From contig NC_042999.1 in NCBI RefSeq assembly GCF_006345805.1, forward strand, positions 125,674,001 through 125,738,000: 64,000 nt of DNA, given 5' to 3'. Each line of letters starts with the position of its first letter. Positions within the stretch are counted from its first letter, which is position 1. Below the pieces are notes generated by a model. It did no database searches and was not told where the DNA came from. It saw only the letters and a list, made by a program, of their open reading frames with translations. The translations under genes were made by a program, and so were the position numbers. This DNA is from Octopus sinensis. Its lineage: Eukaryota. This document shows positions 28,088 to 38,800 of this stretch, one piece after another.

Positions 28088-30078
28088 TCATCATCATCAT
28101 CATCATCGTTTAACGTCCGCTTTCCATGCTAGCATGGGTTGGATGGTTCAACTGGGGTCTGGGGAGCCCGAAGGCTGCACCAGGCCAGTCAGATCTGGCA
28201 GTGTTTCTACAGCTGGATGCCCTTCCTAACGCCAACCACTCCGAGAGTGTAGTGGGTGATTTTATGTGCCACCGACACAGGTGCCAGACGAGGCTGGCGA
28301 ACGGCCACGCTTGGATGGTGTTTTTTATGTGCCACTGACAGGTGCCAGACGAGGCTGGCGAACGGCCTCACTCGGATGGTGTTTTTTATGTGCCACCGAC
28401 ACAGGTGCCAGACGAGGCTGGCGAACGGCCACACTCGGATGGTGTTTTTTATGTGCCACCGACACAGGTGCCAGACGAGGCTGGCGAACGGCCACGATCG
28501 GATGGTGTTTGTTACGTGCCCACAGCACGGAGGCCAGTCGATGCGGTACTGGCTACGGCCACATTCGGATGGTTTTCTTATGTGCCACCGGCACTGGTAC
28601 CACAAAGATACAAATTCCATTGATGTTCATTGATTTTGATTTGGCTTGATTTTCACTTGCCTCAACAGGTCTTCACAAGTGTCCCAAGAAGGAAGGTATG
28701 CACAGGTGGACTGACTACGTCCCAGGTAGGGGCCATGGGTTATGGCCTCACGTGTCCTACTAGGTCTTCTCACGCACAGCATACTTCCAAAGGTCTCGGT
28801 CTTTGGTCATTTCCTTGGTGAGACCTAAAGCGCGAAGGTCATTCTTCACCACCTCGTCCCAGGCTTTCCTGGGTCTACCTCTTCCACAGGTTCCCTCAAC
28901 CGCTAGGGTGTGGCACTTTTTCACACAACTATCTTCATCCATTCTTACTACGTGTCCATACCAGCGTAGACGCCTCTCTTGCACACCACATCTGATGCTT
29001 CTTAGGTCCAACTTTTCTCTCAAGGCACTTACACTCTGTCAGGTATGAACACTGACATTACACATCCAACGGAGCATACTGGCTTCATTTCTTGCGAGCT
29101 TACGCATATCCTCAGCAGTCACGGCCCATGTTTCACTGCCATGTAGCATGGCTGTTCGCACACATGCATCATACAGTCTGCCTTTTACTCTGAGTGAGAG
29201 GCCCTTTGTCACCTGCAGAGGTAAGAGTTCTCTGAACTTTGCCCAGGTTATTCTTACTCTAGCAGTTACACTTTCGGCACACCCACCCCCGCTACTGACT
29301 TGGTCACCTAGGTAACGGAAACTATCAACTATTTCATGTTTTTCTCCCTGGAATGTGGCGGAAGATGGTCTCTGCGCATCTTCAGTCTTTATTGAACCAG
29401 AGCATCTGCCACATACAAAAACTATCTTCCTGGTTAGCCTTCCTTTGACATTGCTGCACCTCCTATGTGTCCATAGCTTACACTTGGTGCATCTTTTAGA
29501 GTTCCTACCTACGCCTTTTCTACAGATCGAGCAGGGCCATCTACCTGAAGGTGTTTGAGATTTGTCTACCTTCCTACTTATTAGGACTTTGGTTTTAGCT
29601 AGATTGATTCTAAGGCCCTTTGATTCTAATCCTTGCTTCCACGCCTGAAACTTCACCTCGAGTTCTGATAGTGATTCAGCAATTAGAGCAAGGTCATCAG
29701 CATAGAGGAGCTCCCATGGGCATCCTGTCTTGAATTCCTCCGTTATTGCCTGGAGGACTATGATAAATAGGAGGGGGCTGAGGACTGAGCCTTGGTGGAC
29801 CCCAACCTCCACCCAGAATTCTTCACTGTACTCGTTGCCAACCCTCACCTTACTAACAGCATACCTGTACATGGCACGCACAGCTCACTAACCATTCATC
29901 TACCCCTAGTTTCCTCATTGACCACCAGATAAGGGATCGGGGGACCCTGTCAAAGGCTTTCTCCAAGTCAACGAAAGCCAGGTAGAGTTTTATCTTTGGC
30001 TAGGTATTTCTCCTGCAGCTGTCTCACCAGAAATATGGCATCAGTGGTGCTTTTCCCTGGCACGAAACCAGACTGCAT
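28088..30078 (-). mobile_element. 5'-truncated RTE-clade non-LTR retrotransposon with ~670-nt 3'UTR and (GAT)n tail
   Basis: RT motifs QSGFVPGKSTTDAIF, VDLEKAFDRVP, GVHQGSVLSPLLF and YADD. C-terminal RRLRWYGHVVRMDE...GRGRPRKAW is typical of RTE ORF2. Both ends abut (TA)n. Confidence 0.95.
28760..30075 (-). pseudogene. RTE ORF2 remnant (reverse transcriptase, inserted PHD-like finger, C-terminal region), frameshifted
   Basis: ORFs 29039..29881 and 28760..29023, plus upstream RT motifs in a shifted frame. YADD at ~29704-29693. Confidence 0.92.
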
Positions 30079-30104
30079 ATATATATATATATATATATAA
30101 TGAG

Positions 30105-30262
30105 GTTCTTTTCAGTTTCTCTTTGTAAAATCCACTAGTAAAAACTTCTTTGTTGGCTTGAGGCTATAGTAGAAGATACTTGCTAAAGTTACCATGCAGT
30201 GGGGCTGCACCTGGAACCATGTGGTTGGGAAGCAAGCATCTTACCATACAGTCACACCTGTA
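30105..30262 (-). mobile_element. SINE tRNA-like/CORE-like head fragment
   Basis: Reverse complement of the family A head. Confidence 0.7.
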
Positions 30263-30944
30263 TAAATTTTGACTGCAAAAATATCCAGATGTGTTTTAAT
30301 GCTAGAAATCTTCAGTCACTATGTTGGTGACTTTTTTTGGACACTGTCACTCTTATCTGCAACACTCACTTTTGTTGTTGACAGAGTTACATACAATTGT
30401 CTATGTGGAAACAGATCAATTGTTCGGGAATTGAACTATTTTATTCAGTAACCAATATTGGGATGTAGTGAGTGTCTTTGCAAATGGAAGCTATCTGCAA
30501 AAGTTAAAAGCAGAGTTGTGTCAGGTCTCATCTGAAAACAAACAATTATACGAGCCTTTTGTTTATAGACATGAAAAGTTAAAATTTTCACTAATGCCAC
30601 ATCAAGACAAATTTGAAATTTTATTCTTAACCATCCAATTTATTGTGAAATTTCTTGAGAAGTATTAATTCTGATAACTCCAAAAGTAACAGTGATAGTT
30701 TGAGCTTTAGTTGCTGCATCTGTTACACCACAAAAATTTCAACTTAAATGTGAAAAATTCCATAATTTCTACCATGTACAGGCATGTCAGAAATATTTAC
30801 TTTTGTCCATTTTTCATCCAATTCAATAATTACCAAATACCTTAAGAAACATTCAAACCGTTTTATTCCAACAAACTCAGATATTTCATTAATAGGTTCT
30901 ACATTTGTTAGATTTGAACGTGAGGAGTTAAAATTTTCACTAAG

Positions 30945-31088
30945 TAAGAAGTTTGCTTCCCAATCATATGATTCTAGGTTCAGTCCCTCTGCGTGGCACC
31001 TTGGACAAGTGTCTTCTACTTTAGCCTCGGGCTGTCCAAAGCCTTGTGAATGGATTTGGTAGATGGAAGCTGAAAGAAGTTCATCGTG
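30945..31088 (+). mobile_element. SINE head fragment
   Basis: GTAAGAAGTTTGCTTCCCAA...GGTTCAGTCCC...CCTTGGACAAGTGTCTTC...GGAAGCTGAAAGAAG. Confidence 0.75.
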
Positions 31089-31254
31089 TATATATGTGTA
31101 TGTATATATATATATATATATATATATACATACAGTGAGTCAACAATAGTTTCGTTTTGTTTGTTTTTGTATCTTGTATCTGTGACAAACACAGTCATCT
31201 CAGTATAAGGCTGGCTGTTTGAAATCCTACTTACTGCCACACACAAACATAGGT

Positions 31255-31662
31255 GCAGGAGTGGCTGTGTGGTAAGTAGCTTGCTAACCAACCACATGGT
31301 TCCGGGTTCAGTCCTACTGCGTGGCATCTTGGGCAAGTGTCTTCTGCTATAGCATCGGGCCGACCAAAGCCTTGTGAGTCGATTTGGTAGACGGAAACTG
31401 AAAGAAGCCTGTCGTATATATGTATATATATATATATGCATGTGTGTGTGTGTGTGTGTGTGTATGTTTGTCCCTCTAACATTGCTTGACGACCGATGCT
31501 GGTGTATTTACATCCCCGTCACTTAGTGGTTCGGCAAAAGAGAACGATAGAATAAGTACTGGGCTTACAAAGAATAAGTCCTGGGGTCGATTTGCTCGAC
31601 TAAAGGCGGTGCTCCAGCATGGCCGCAGTCAAATGACTGAAACAAGTAAAAGAGTAAGAGTA
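31255..31662 (+). mobile_element. SINE family A, best-preserved copy, with internal (TA)n(TG)n
   Basis: Pol III A/B boxes, CORE-like TTGGGCAAGTGTCTTCT, internal microsatellite, and a 3' body ending AAATGACTGAAACAAGTAAAAGAG. Confidence 0.88.
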
Positions 31663-31689
31663 TATATATATATATTTTAAGGCAGGACA

Positions 31690-32498
31690 AGTGAGTCCAG
31701 CCCACTTATGCATGTCTTTCCTCCCTTGGACACACAAAGACCTGTTGAGGCAAGCGAAGTCGAAATCGAACCTCATCCGACGACAGGCACCTATGCCAAC
31801 CTCCCTTCATTGGACACTAAACTCTGCTTGTGAAGACCTGTTGGGGCAAGTGAAATCGAAATCAGAATCAAAATTGAACCAATCCTATGACTGGCACCCG
31901 GCAGTTGCCAGGACCACTGGACTGACTCCTGTGCAGGTGGCAAGTGAAGAAACACCATTTCGACCCTGTGCTTGAGGAAATCCATTGAGTCAAGTACACC
32001 GACATCAAAATCAATGGAAACTGCAGTTGTGATCCTGAGCCGGTGGCACGTAAACAGCACCATCTGAAGGTGGCCGATGCCAGCGCCGCCTAGACTGGCT
32101 TCCGTGCCAGTGGCACATAAAAAGCGCTATCCGAATCGTGACCGATGCCAGTGTCTCCTCGACTGGCTTCCATGCCGGTGGCACGTAAAAAGCACCATCC
32201 GAATCGTGGCCGATGACAGTGCCGCCTTGACTGGCTTCCGTGCCGGTGGCACGTAAAATGCACCAATCCAACCATGGCCATTGCCAGCCTCGTCTGGCAC
32301 CTGTGCAGGTGGCACGTAAAAAGCACCCACTACACTCACGGAGTGGTTGGCGTTAGGAAGGGCATCCAGCTGTAGAAACACTGCCAGATCAGACTGGAGC
32401 CTGGTGCTGCCTTCTGGCTTTCCAGATCCCAGGTCGAACCGTCCAACCCATGCTAGCATGGAGAACAGACGTTAAATGATGATGATGATGATGATGAT
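31690..32498 (+). mobile_element. RTE LINE 3'UTR (second subfamily) with ~68-bp hairpin units and (GAT)n tail
   Basis: GAAGACCTGTTG...GCAAG blocks, tandem units at 32040-32330, conserved tail. Confidence 0.9.
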
Positions 32499-32499
32499 A

Positions 32500-32727
32500 T
32501 TTATGTGTGTATCTCTTTGTGCCCGTGTTTGTCCTCCCACCATCACTCGACAACTGATGTTGGTGTGTTTACATCTCTGTAACTTAGCAGTTCAGCAAAC
32601 GTGACTGATAGAATAAGTACTAGGCTTACAAAGAATAAGTCCTAGGTTGATTTCTTCGACTAAAAGACCCTTAAAGGTTGTGCTCCAGCATGACTGCAGT
32701 CAAATGACTGAAACAAGTGAAAGAATA
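32500..32727 (+). mobile_element. SINE family A 3' half
   Basis: Matches 31440-31662. Confidence 0.8.
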
Positions 32728-33095
32728 TCATACTTAATAGAAACCTGAAATTTTATCTCATTATAATTTAGTTTCAATTTTGTTCAAAAGTACTGACTTA
32801 ATAGATTCCAACTAAATTACCCAATTTGCAGCCACTTCTTACTCAGAAATTTGGGAGCCATCACTGAGTATAATTACAAACAGTAGACGAAAATATTGGC
32901 CATCATAGTCCATAGCACTTCATAAACACCACATGGTGTGATGCTTTCTCCAGAATAGTTTGAAAGCTTCAGTGTTGTGAGTTTGAATTTAGTTTCTCAG
33001 GTTCATTCCACAGGCTGGCAAATGTAGCGTAGCTGATCAGTAAAAAGCTGCTCCTGTGTCAACTTCCATTTCAATATAGTAGCTCACTCATATCA

Positions 33096-33324
33096 TTAAC
33101 CCTTATAGCATTTAAACTGGCCATATCTGGCTCAGATATTCTACCTGTTTTATGTTAAAACTAGCCAGATCCAGCCTCTCACACCTACCCCACTATATAA
33201 TTCTAAAAGTAAGCAATCATATCATCAAAATCTCAAAACTATGACATAATTTATGATTAATTCTAGACAATGTGAATAAATAAGCATTACATTTGACAGA
33301 GTAATCTGAATGCTAAAGGGTTAA
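33096..33324 (+). mobile_element. piggyBac-type MITE, 229 bp
   Basis: TTAACCCTTATAGCATT ... AATGCTAAAGGGTTAA terminal inverted repeats with TTAA at both ends. Confidence 0.85.
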
Positions 33325-34212
33325 GGTATATGTTTGACAATATCCTTTGAGGGTCAACAATTTATCTTGAATAAGAGTTCAAGCAAAAACTTATTCTTAT
33401 TGCAAACAGTAATAAGAGTTGCGGTTTGCAACTGATTTGGTTTGATTCGCTCATCTCCACTGCCAACTTTGTGAGTTCAACCAATGATTTTGATGACAAA
33501 ACGATTAAATTAACTCAAATATAATATCAGTTAGTTTTTACAGAGTTCTTTGTTAAATTTACTATTAGATTTTTATGAAACAATGTTGATATGTATAATT
33601 AAAAGGGTAAAAAATGTTTATTCAATCTAAAATAGAATATGTAATTTTGAACAATTTTGTATTTGTTTTTCAAAATAGTAATTTAAGTTAAATTACTAAA
33701 TCATGCTAAAATAAAACAAGAGAATAAGTAATGATATTCTTAATTTCATGAATGAAAAGAAAATTAAATTTATAAAAACAAAAATATAAATATTGGGTAA
33801 CATTTGGAAAAAAGAATTTTTTTTTAAAAAACAAGTGATAATTATTTAAAAAAGTGTGTAAAATGACAGTCATTTAAAACTGAAACACAAGAATATCACA
33901 ATTAAGATGAAATCTTGATCATTTCCAGAAGTTATAGGCCATGTCTTGAGAAATTTGAGATCAAATGTCTGATTTCTTTCAAATACAAACAATATAATCA
34001 ACTATGGAAAAAAAAAATCCCTTGAAGGCAGTACCCCAGTTTGCTTGCAACCCAATGACTGAAACCAGTAAAAGAATATATATATATATGTATATATATA
34101 GTTGAAATTTATAGAAAAACAAAAGATGAAGACAGGTGTATGAACAACATGCAAGTGTAATAGTTTGACGCCTGGGGAAAATGAAAAAGTCTTTTACATT
34201 TTGAGCCGATGC

Positions 34213-34253
<41 letters not shown>

Positions 34254-34280
34254 ATATGTGTGTGTGCACGTGCGTATATT

Positions 34281-34590
34281 GTGGGTGGGTGGGGGCACAT
34301 GGCTTAGTGGTTAGGGTGTTGCACTCATGATTGCTAGATCGTTGTTTCAATTCCTAGACCAAATGATGTAAGGTGTTCTTGAGTAAAATACTTCATCTCA
34401 TGTTGCTCTGTAATCACTTTGACACCTGATGCATGGTACATTATGCACCTGTTCAGACAACATTGATCAGATGGAGAGAGGAGGTAATGGATAATGTGCA
34501 GCATGAACATTTGATCACTATAAGCAAACCATTTGTGCAGGTTGTTCAGCAAGAGCTGAACACTCATATGTTGTCTTCAATGGGAGAGTT
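34281..34590 (+). mobile_element. tRNA-derived SINE of another family
   Basis: TGGCTTAGTGGTTAGGG (A box), GTTTCAATTCC (B box), then GTGTTCTTGAG..AAA..ACTTCAT. A related piece occurs at ~4705-4790. Confidence 0.6.
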
Positions 34591-34610
34591 CATCATATAT
34601 ATACATACAT

Positions 34611-34641
<31 letters not shown>

Positions 34642-35709
34642 ATATATATATATATTATATATATATATATAGTGTGTGTGTGCATGCATGCTTTGTATTT
34701 CTTTATTAATATTAAATCTTAACATATAAACAAGATCTATTATTTACAGGTGAAAGGAACGAGGATGTTGTTGTGTTTATGTTTCCTCAATGTTATTAGA
34801 GGTGTAAGTGAAATTGTTACAAAAACCAACACAGCTGGCCTCACAGGGCACTTATTTTTCATCATCTTCTCTTGCCTGTGTATTTAACATGAATGAGAGA
34901 ATGTACATAAAAAAAATAAATACAGGCACAAGGAGAAAGAGAAACCAGAGAACTATGATAGACAGGATGAGTCCGTAAATATGGAATTGTAGCATATATG
35001 AATCATTGCAGCAATGCAATAACTTTAATATGTGCATATTATTAGCAAGTCAGAGGAGGAGATAGGATGAATGAGGTAAAAACAATGTGTCATACCTAAC
35101 AAAATACATTGCTGAATAAAAGTTTCAACAAAAGGTTTTGTAGGTCCAACATTTTTAAGCATTCATAACAAATGTGTTTTTGTTTTACTCTTACCACACA
35201 TATTTATACTTATATGCATACACAATACACATACATACTTACAGTTGTGGCCAAAAGTTTGGAACATAGGTCTGTAAATTAGAATTTTTATATTAAATAC
35301 TCCAAGTTATATTTAGTTGGAGTATATATTGGGCATAAGAATTTTAATTTTGAAAAAAACATAGCAAACTTTTGGCTATGGCTGAATATACTCACAATAT
35401 CTATACACATACATACATACATAAAGCTTATATACCACATGTCTGTATAAAACACTTTAATGTTTACACAATCTACATCACATACACACACATAAGCTTA
35501 CATGCACAAACACTCTTATGTACATATACACACATATATTTATCTATTTACATGCATACACAATAGGGAGAAAAGTTTAGTTATTCAGATAGATTTTTGT
35601 TTTCTTTTTTCAAGTCAAGTATTTTTAATTTTCTGTCCAAAAGTTCTATTTCATTCACACATACATGTAAATAAACACACATATGCTTAGATTCCAGTAA
35701 AACATCACT

Positions 35710-35805
35710 TTAATTGTCCTTACACAAATTATTTTGTTGAGTAAACTGATTGTCAACAGCTTTGTCAAGAGCTTCCAGATACACTTCCAATGTTGATGAT
35801 GAAAC
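35710..35805 (-). CDS. TRIP13: TRIP13 exon 11, last coding exon ([31 protein letters not shown])
   Basis: Acceptor CATGTTTTAG, 96 nt ending in TAA. Resembles the TRIP13 C-terminal helix (FLxALxxAVDxQF). Confidence 0.93.
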   Translation of the reverse strand, partial: VSSSTLEVYLEALDKAVDNQFTQQNNLCKDN

Positions 35806-38800
35806 CTAAAACATGAACAAAATATGTAGATTAAATTAGTGAAAAAAAATTTCATTCTTTAACCTTTTAGCATTCAAACTGGCTGTATCCAGCCAAAGTA
35901 ATCTATCTGTTTTATCTTCAAACTGGCCACATCTGGCCTCTCACAATTATTCTACAATATTATTCTAAAAGTAAACAATCACATCATTAAAATCTCAAAG
36001 TTATAAGGTAATGCATGATTAATTCAAAGCATTGTAACTGTCAGAATAATCTGAATGCTAAAGAGTTAAAGTATATTTATTTTTTAAAGTACCTGCCAGT
36101 TATTTCCAACATCAGTAACTGAACATCATTGTTTTTCTATATATCATTGGTGATGGAATTTGGCTGGCATGCGGTGTATGAATGCTTGCTACTGATGAAG
36201 AGCAGGTACACTGAAATCAGGTGATCTAGTGGTTCTGTCACACTAGATTATCATATGCTAACAATATGTATGTGCTTTTAGCACTGTATGTCTATATGAC
36301 AGAATCTCTCAAGGCAAATATCACAATAATATGACATTCTAACATCTATGTTCAGTAGGACATAAAGCTTGCCATTAACCCATGCTAGCATGGAAAGCGG
36401 ACGTTAAACAATGATGATGATGATGATGATGATTGCTTCCATCACTAATACTCATTTTTTAAAGTATGGTTTGAAATAGCTAATTAATAAATATGACACC
36501 ATTTTGTATACAATTACTCTGATTACCTTTTTTATAACTGGACAGTTTAGAATTGTGTTTCATATGTCTCTGTAGAATAAGCTCTATTAAGGGAGCTACT
36601 AATTGACCAAGGTATACTCAGTTCAATTCATTATACCATATAGTCCTTATAATCAAGTGTGATAATTAGTAGATTTGGATTAACAGGAAATAAAAGAACT
36701 GCATAACATTGAGCAGATGGTGAAAAAAATGTAGCCATGCTACACATGATGAGAAAATTAAAACACTTTCTCTAAATGTCTCAATATAATCAAATATGGT
36801 TGTAAAAGGCTGGACACTGTATTTGCCCCCCAAATTTCATCAATTACTATTTCTATTGGAACCATAGCTGCAGGCATGGCTGTATAATTAAGAAATTTGC
36901 TTTGTGACCACATGGTTCTGGGTTCAATATCATTGCAGGACACCTTGGAAAAATGTTTTCTACAATAGCCTTGATGTCTTATGAAGGAAGCTTCACAAAA
37001 GCTTGCTGCTATAAATCACCACCATCATCATTATTTTATGCCTGCTTTTCCATGCTGACATAAGTTGGATGCTTTTGGGAGTTTTTCATTCTTTGAAGCA
37101 GTTGGATGGTCTTTGTGTTGCCAACCCTTTTATTTGCCTCTGATGAAATGCAAGAAGACACACACACACACAACCAGGTTGATGTGTCTGTCAGAATTCC
37201 TATATTCCACAGAAATGAAATGTGAGAATTACAAGCAGAACTGCAGTCATGATTGTAGAGGATTTATCTCAGCATAATTTGTTGGATGTGCAATGTGAAC
37301 TTGACTAAAATGTTGAGTACAAGACAGTAATATTATATCATTTCTTTAAACTAAGATACTGGCTGCTTCCTGGAAGGAAGATGATTGTTCTTGATCAATG
37401 GATCAAGTAAATAAATAGATGACACATGATGAGTAAAGAGGATATGGTGGTGATCATGATGGTGGAAGTTATAGTTAAGATGAAGGTAGTGAAGATCCAT
37501 TAACATTAGGCTGGATAGCATGTAATGTTCGCAAGTCACTTTGTGCTGCTCCAAAAACTGGGCCTATTGCTTCTCCTTCAGAGCAGGCATAGCAAACCAA
37601 AGGGTTGAGCTAAAATGCCTCTCCCATTTTATGCTTGATTATATAGCAAGCTGTGCATGTGCTCCTGCCTTCATTCTGCATGATGATGGTAGTGGGGGGG
37701 ATTATATGAAAAGTCACCCACTGCTACCAGTCAGTAATGAGCATCAATAATCAACCTGACCTGTCTAGAAACACAGACTGAGGAGTCCCAGTCAACTGCA
37801 TATCTTTGAGAGCGGTTTGACTGCAAACTCCGATGGAGTGGTTTCAGTTACAAACTCAGTGAAAGTGAGAATGTGATATACCAATACATAGGAGCTTGCA
37901 GTATCACAAAGCATGGGTCCTGGGCCACAATAATATGGTGATGGAGACAGCAAATATTTTCAAACATTTCAATTAATGTTACAGCAAAACAAGATAATGG
38001 TACAACAGAATATGGCTTAAAAATTAATTCAATTCTTCATGTTAAGCATATATAATGTAATATTTTGTTAAAACAGAATTTAGCTTATACTTAAATTGAT
38101 CAAAGAAAATGCAATATACTTAAACATACCCTCAAATACAGAGCATGAGCAATGAATGGCATTTTTCTTAATGTTCTCCCACTCAAGCCATAACTTTTCC
38201 TGTGAAAACAGATGTAAAAAAATTAATAAATACAATATAAAAATACATGTTTAATATTCAAATTGTTTATCTACAGACACAAACATGGTTGTGTAGTTGA
38301 AAAATTTACTTTGAAAGGTTCAGACCAATTGCATACAGCAGGAGTAAGTATCCTCTACTATAGCCCTAGGCCAACTAATGCTTTGTGAAAGTATTTAATA
38401 AACATAAACTGAACTGTGTATATGGATATATATATATATATATATATATTACATAGAAAAATGCGAGCATGAAAAGTGATATTCTTAAGATTATAAACCT
38501 GGAAAAGGACAGGACAAGTTATTACACGTGTAAAAGTATAGGACAAGCTATTACTTCTAGTAAAGAATATGAAACTTTGTACTTAAAATATTGCAGCAAA
38601 GAATGCCAGTTCTTCTAATTTATCACTCTTTATAGTTATCTTTTAAATTTATTATACAAAACTGTTCAGCTAATTTGTAAGTTTGTCTAATTAGTCACTT
38701 TTTTCTGTATTTAAGATAGTAAATTAGCCAAATTCTAATTAAATAAGTATAATTTGTAAACTATAATAAAATAAGTTTTAATATTCAAATTTGAATTTTA

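Noticed and set aside
28255-28600. CRISPR-like repeat-spacer appearance (also at 16052-16240, 32040-32330, 5611-7300)
   Set aside because: The whole units are homologous rather than unique spacers, they lie in the 3'UTR of a eukaryotic LINE, and there are no cas genes.
31255-31330. tRNA genes at SINE heads (also 1214, 9213, 34281)
   Set aside because: A and B boxes are present, but I see no complete cloverleaf and each continues into a repeated SINE body.
34750-34803. Plus-strand mini-exon (TTTACAG ... GT|GTAAGT) downstream of TRIP13
   Set aside because: Isolated, with no partner exons or recognisable peptide. Could be chance.
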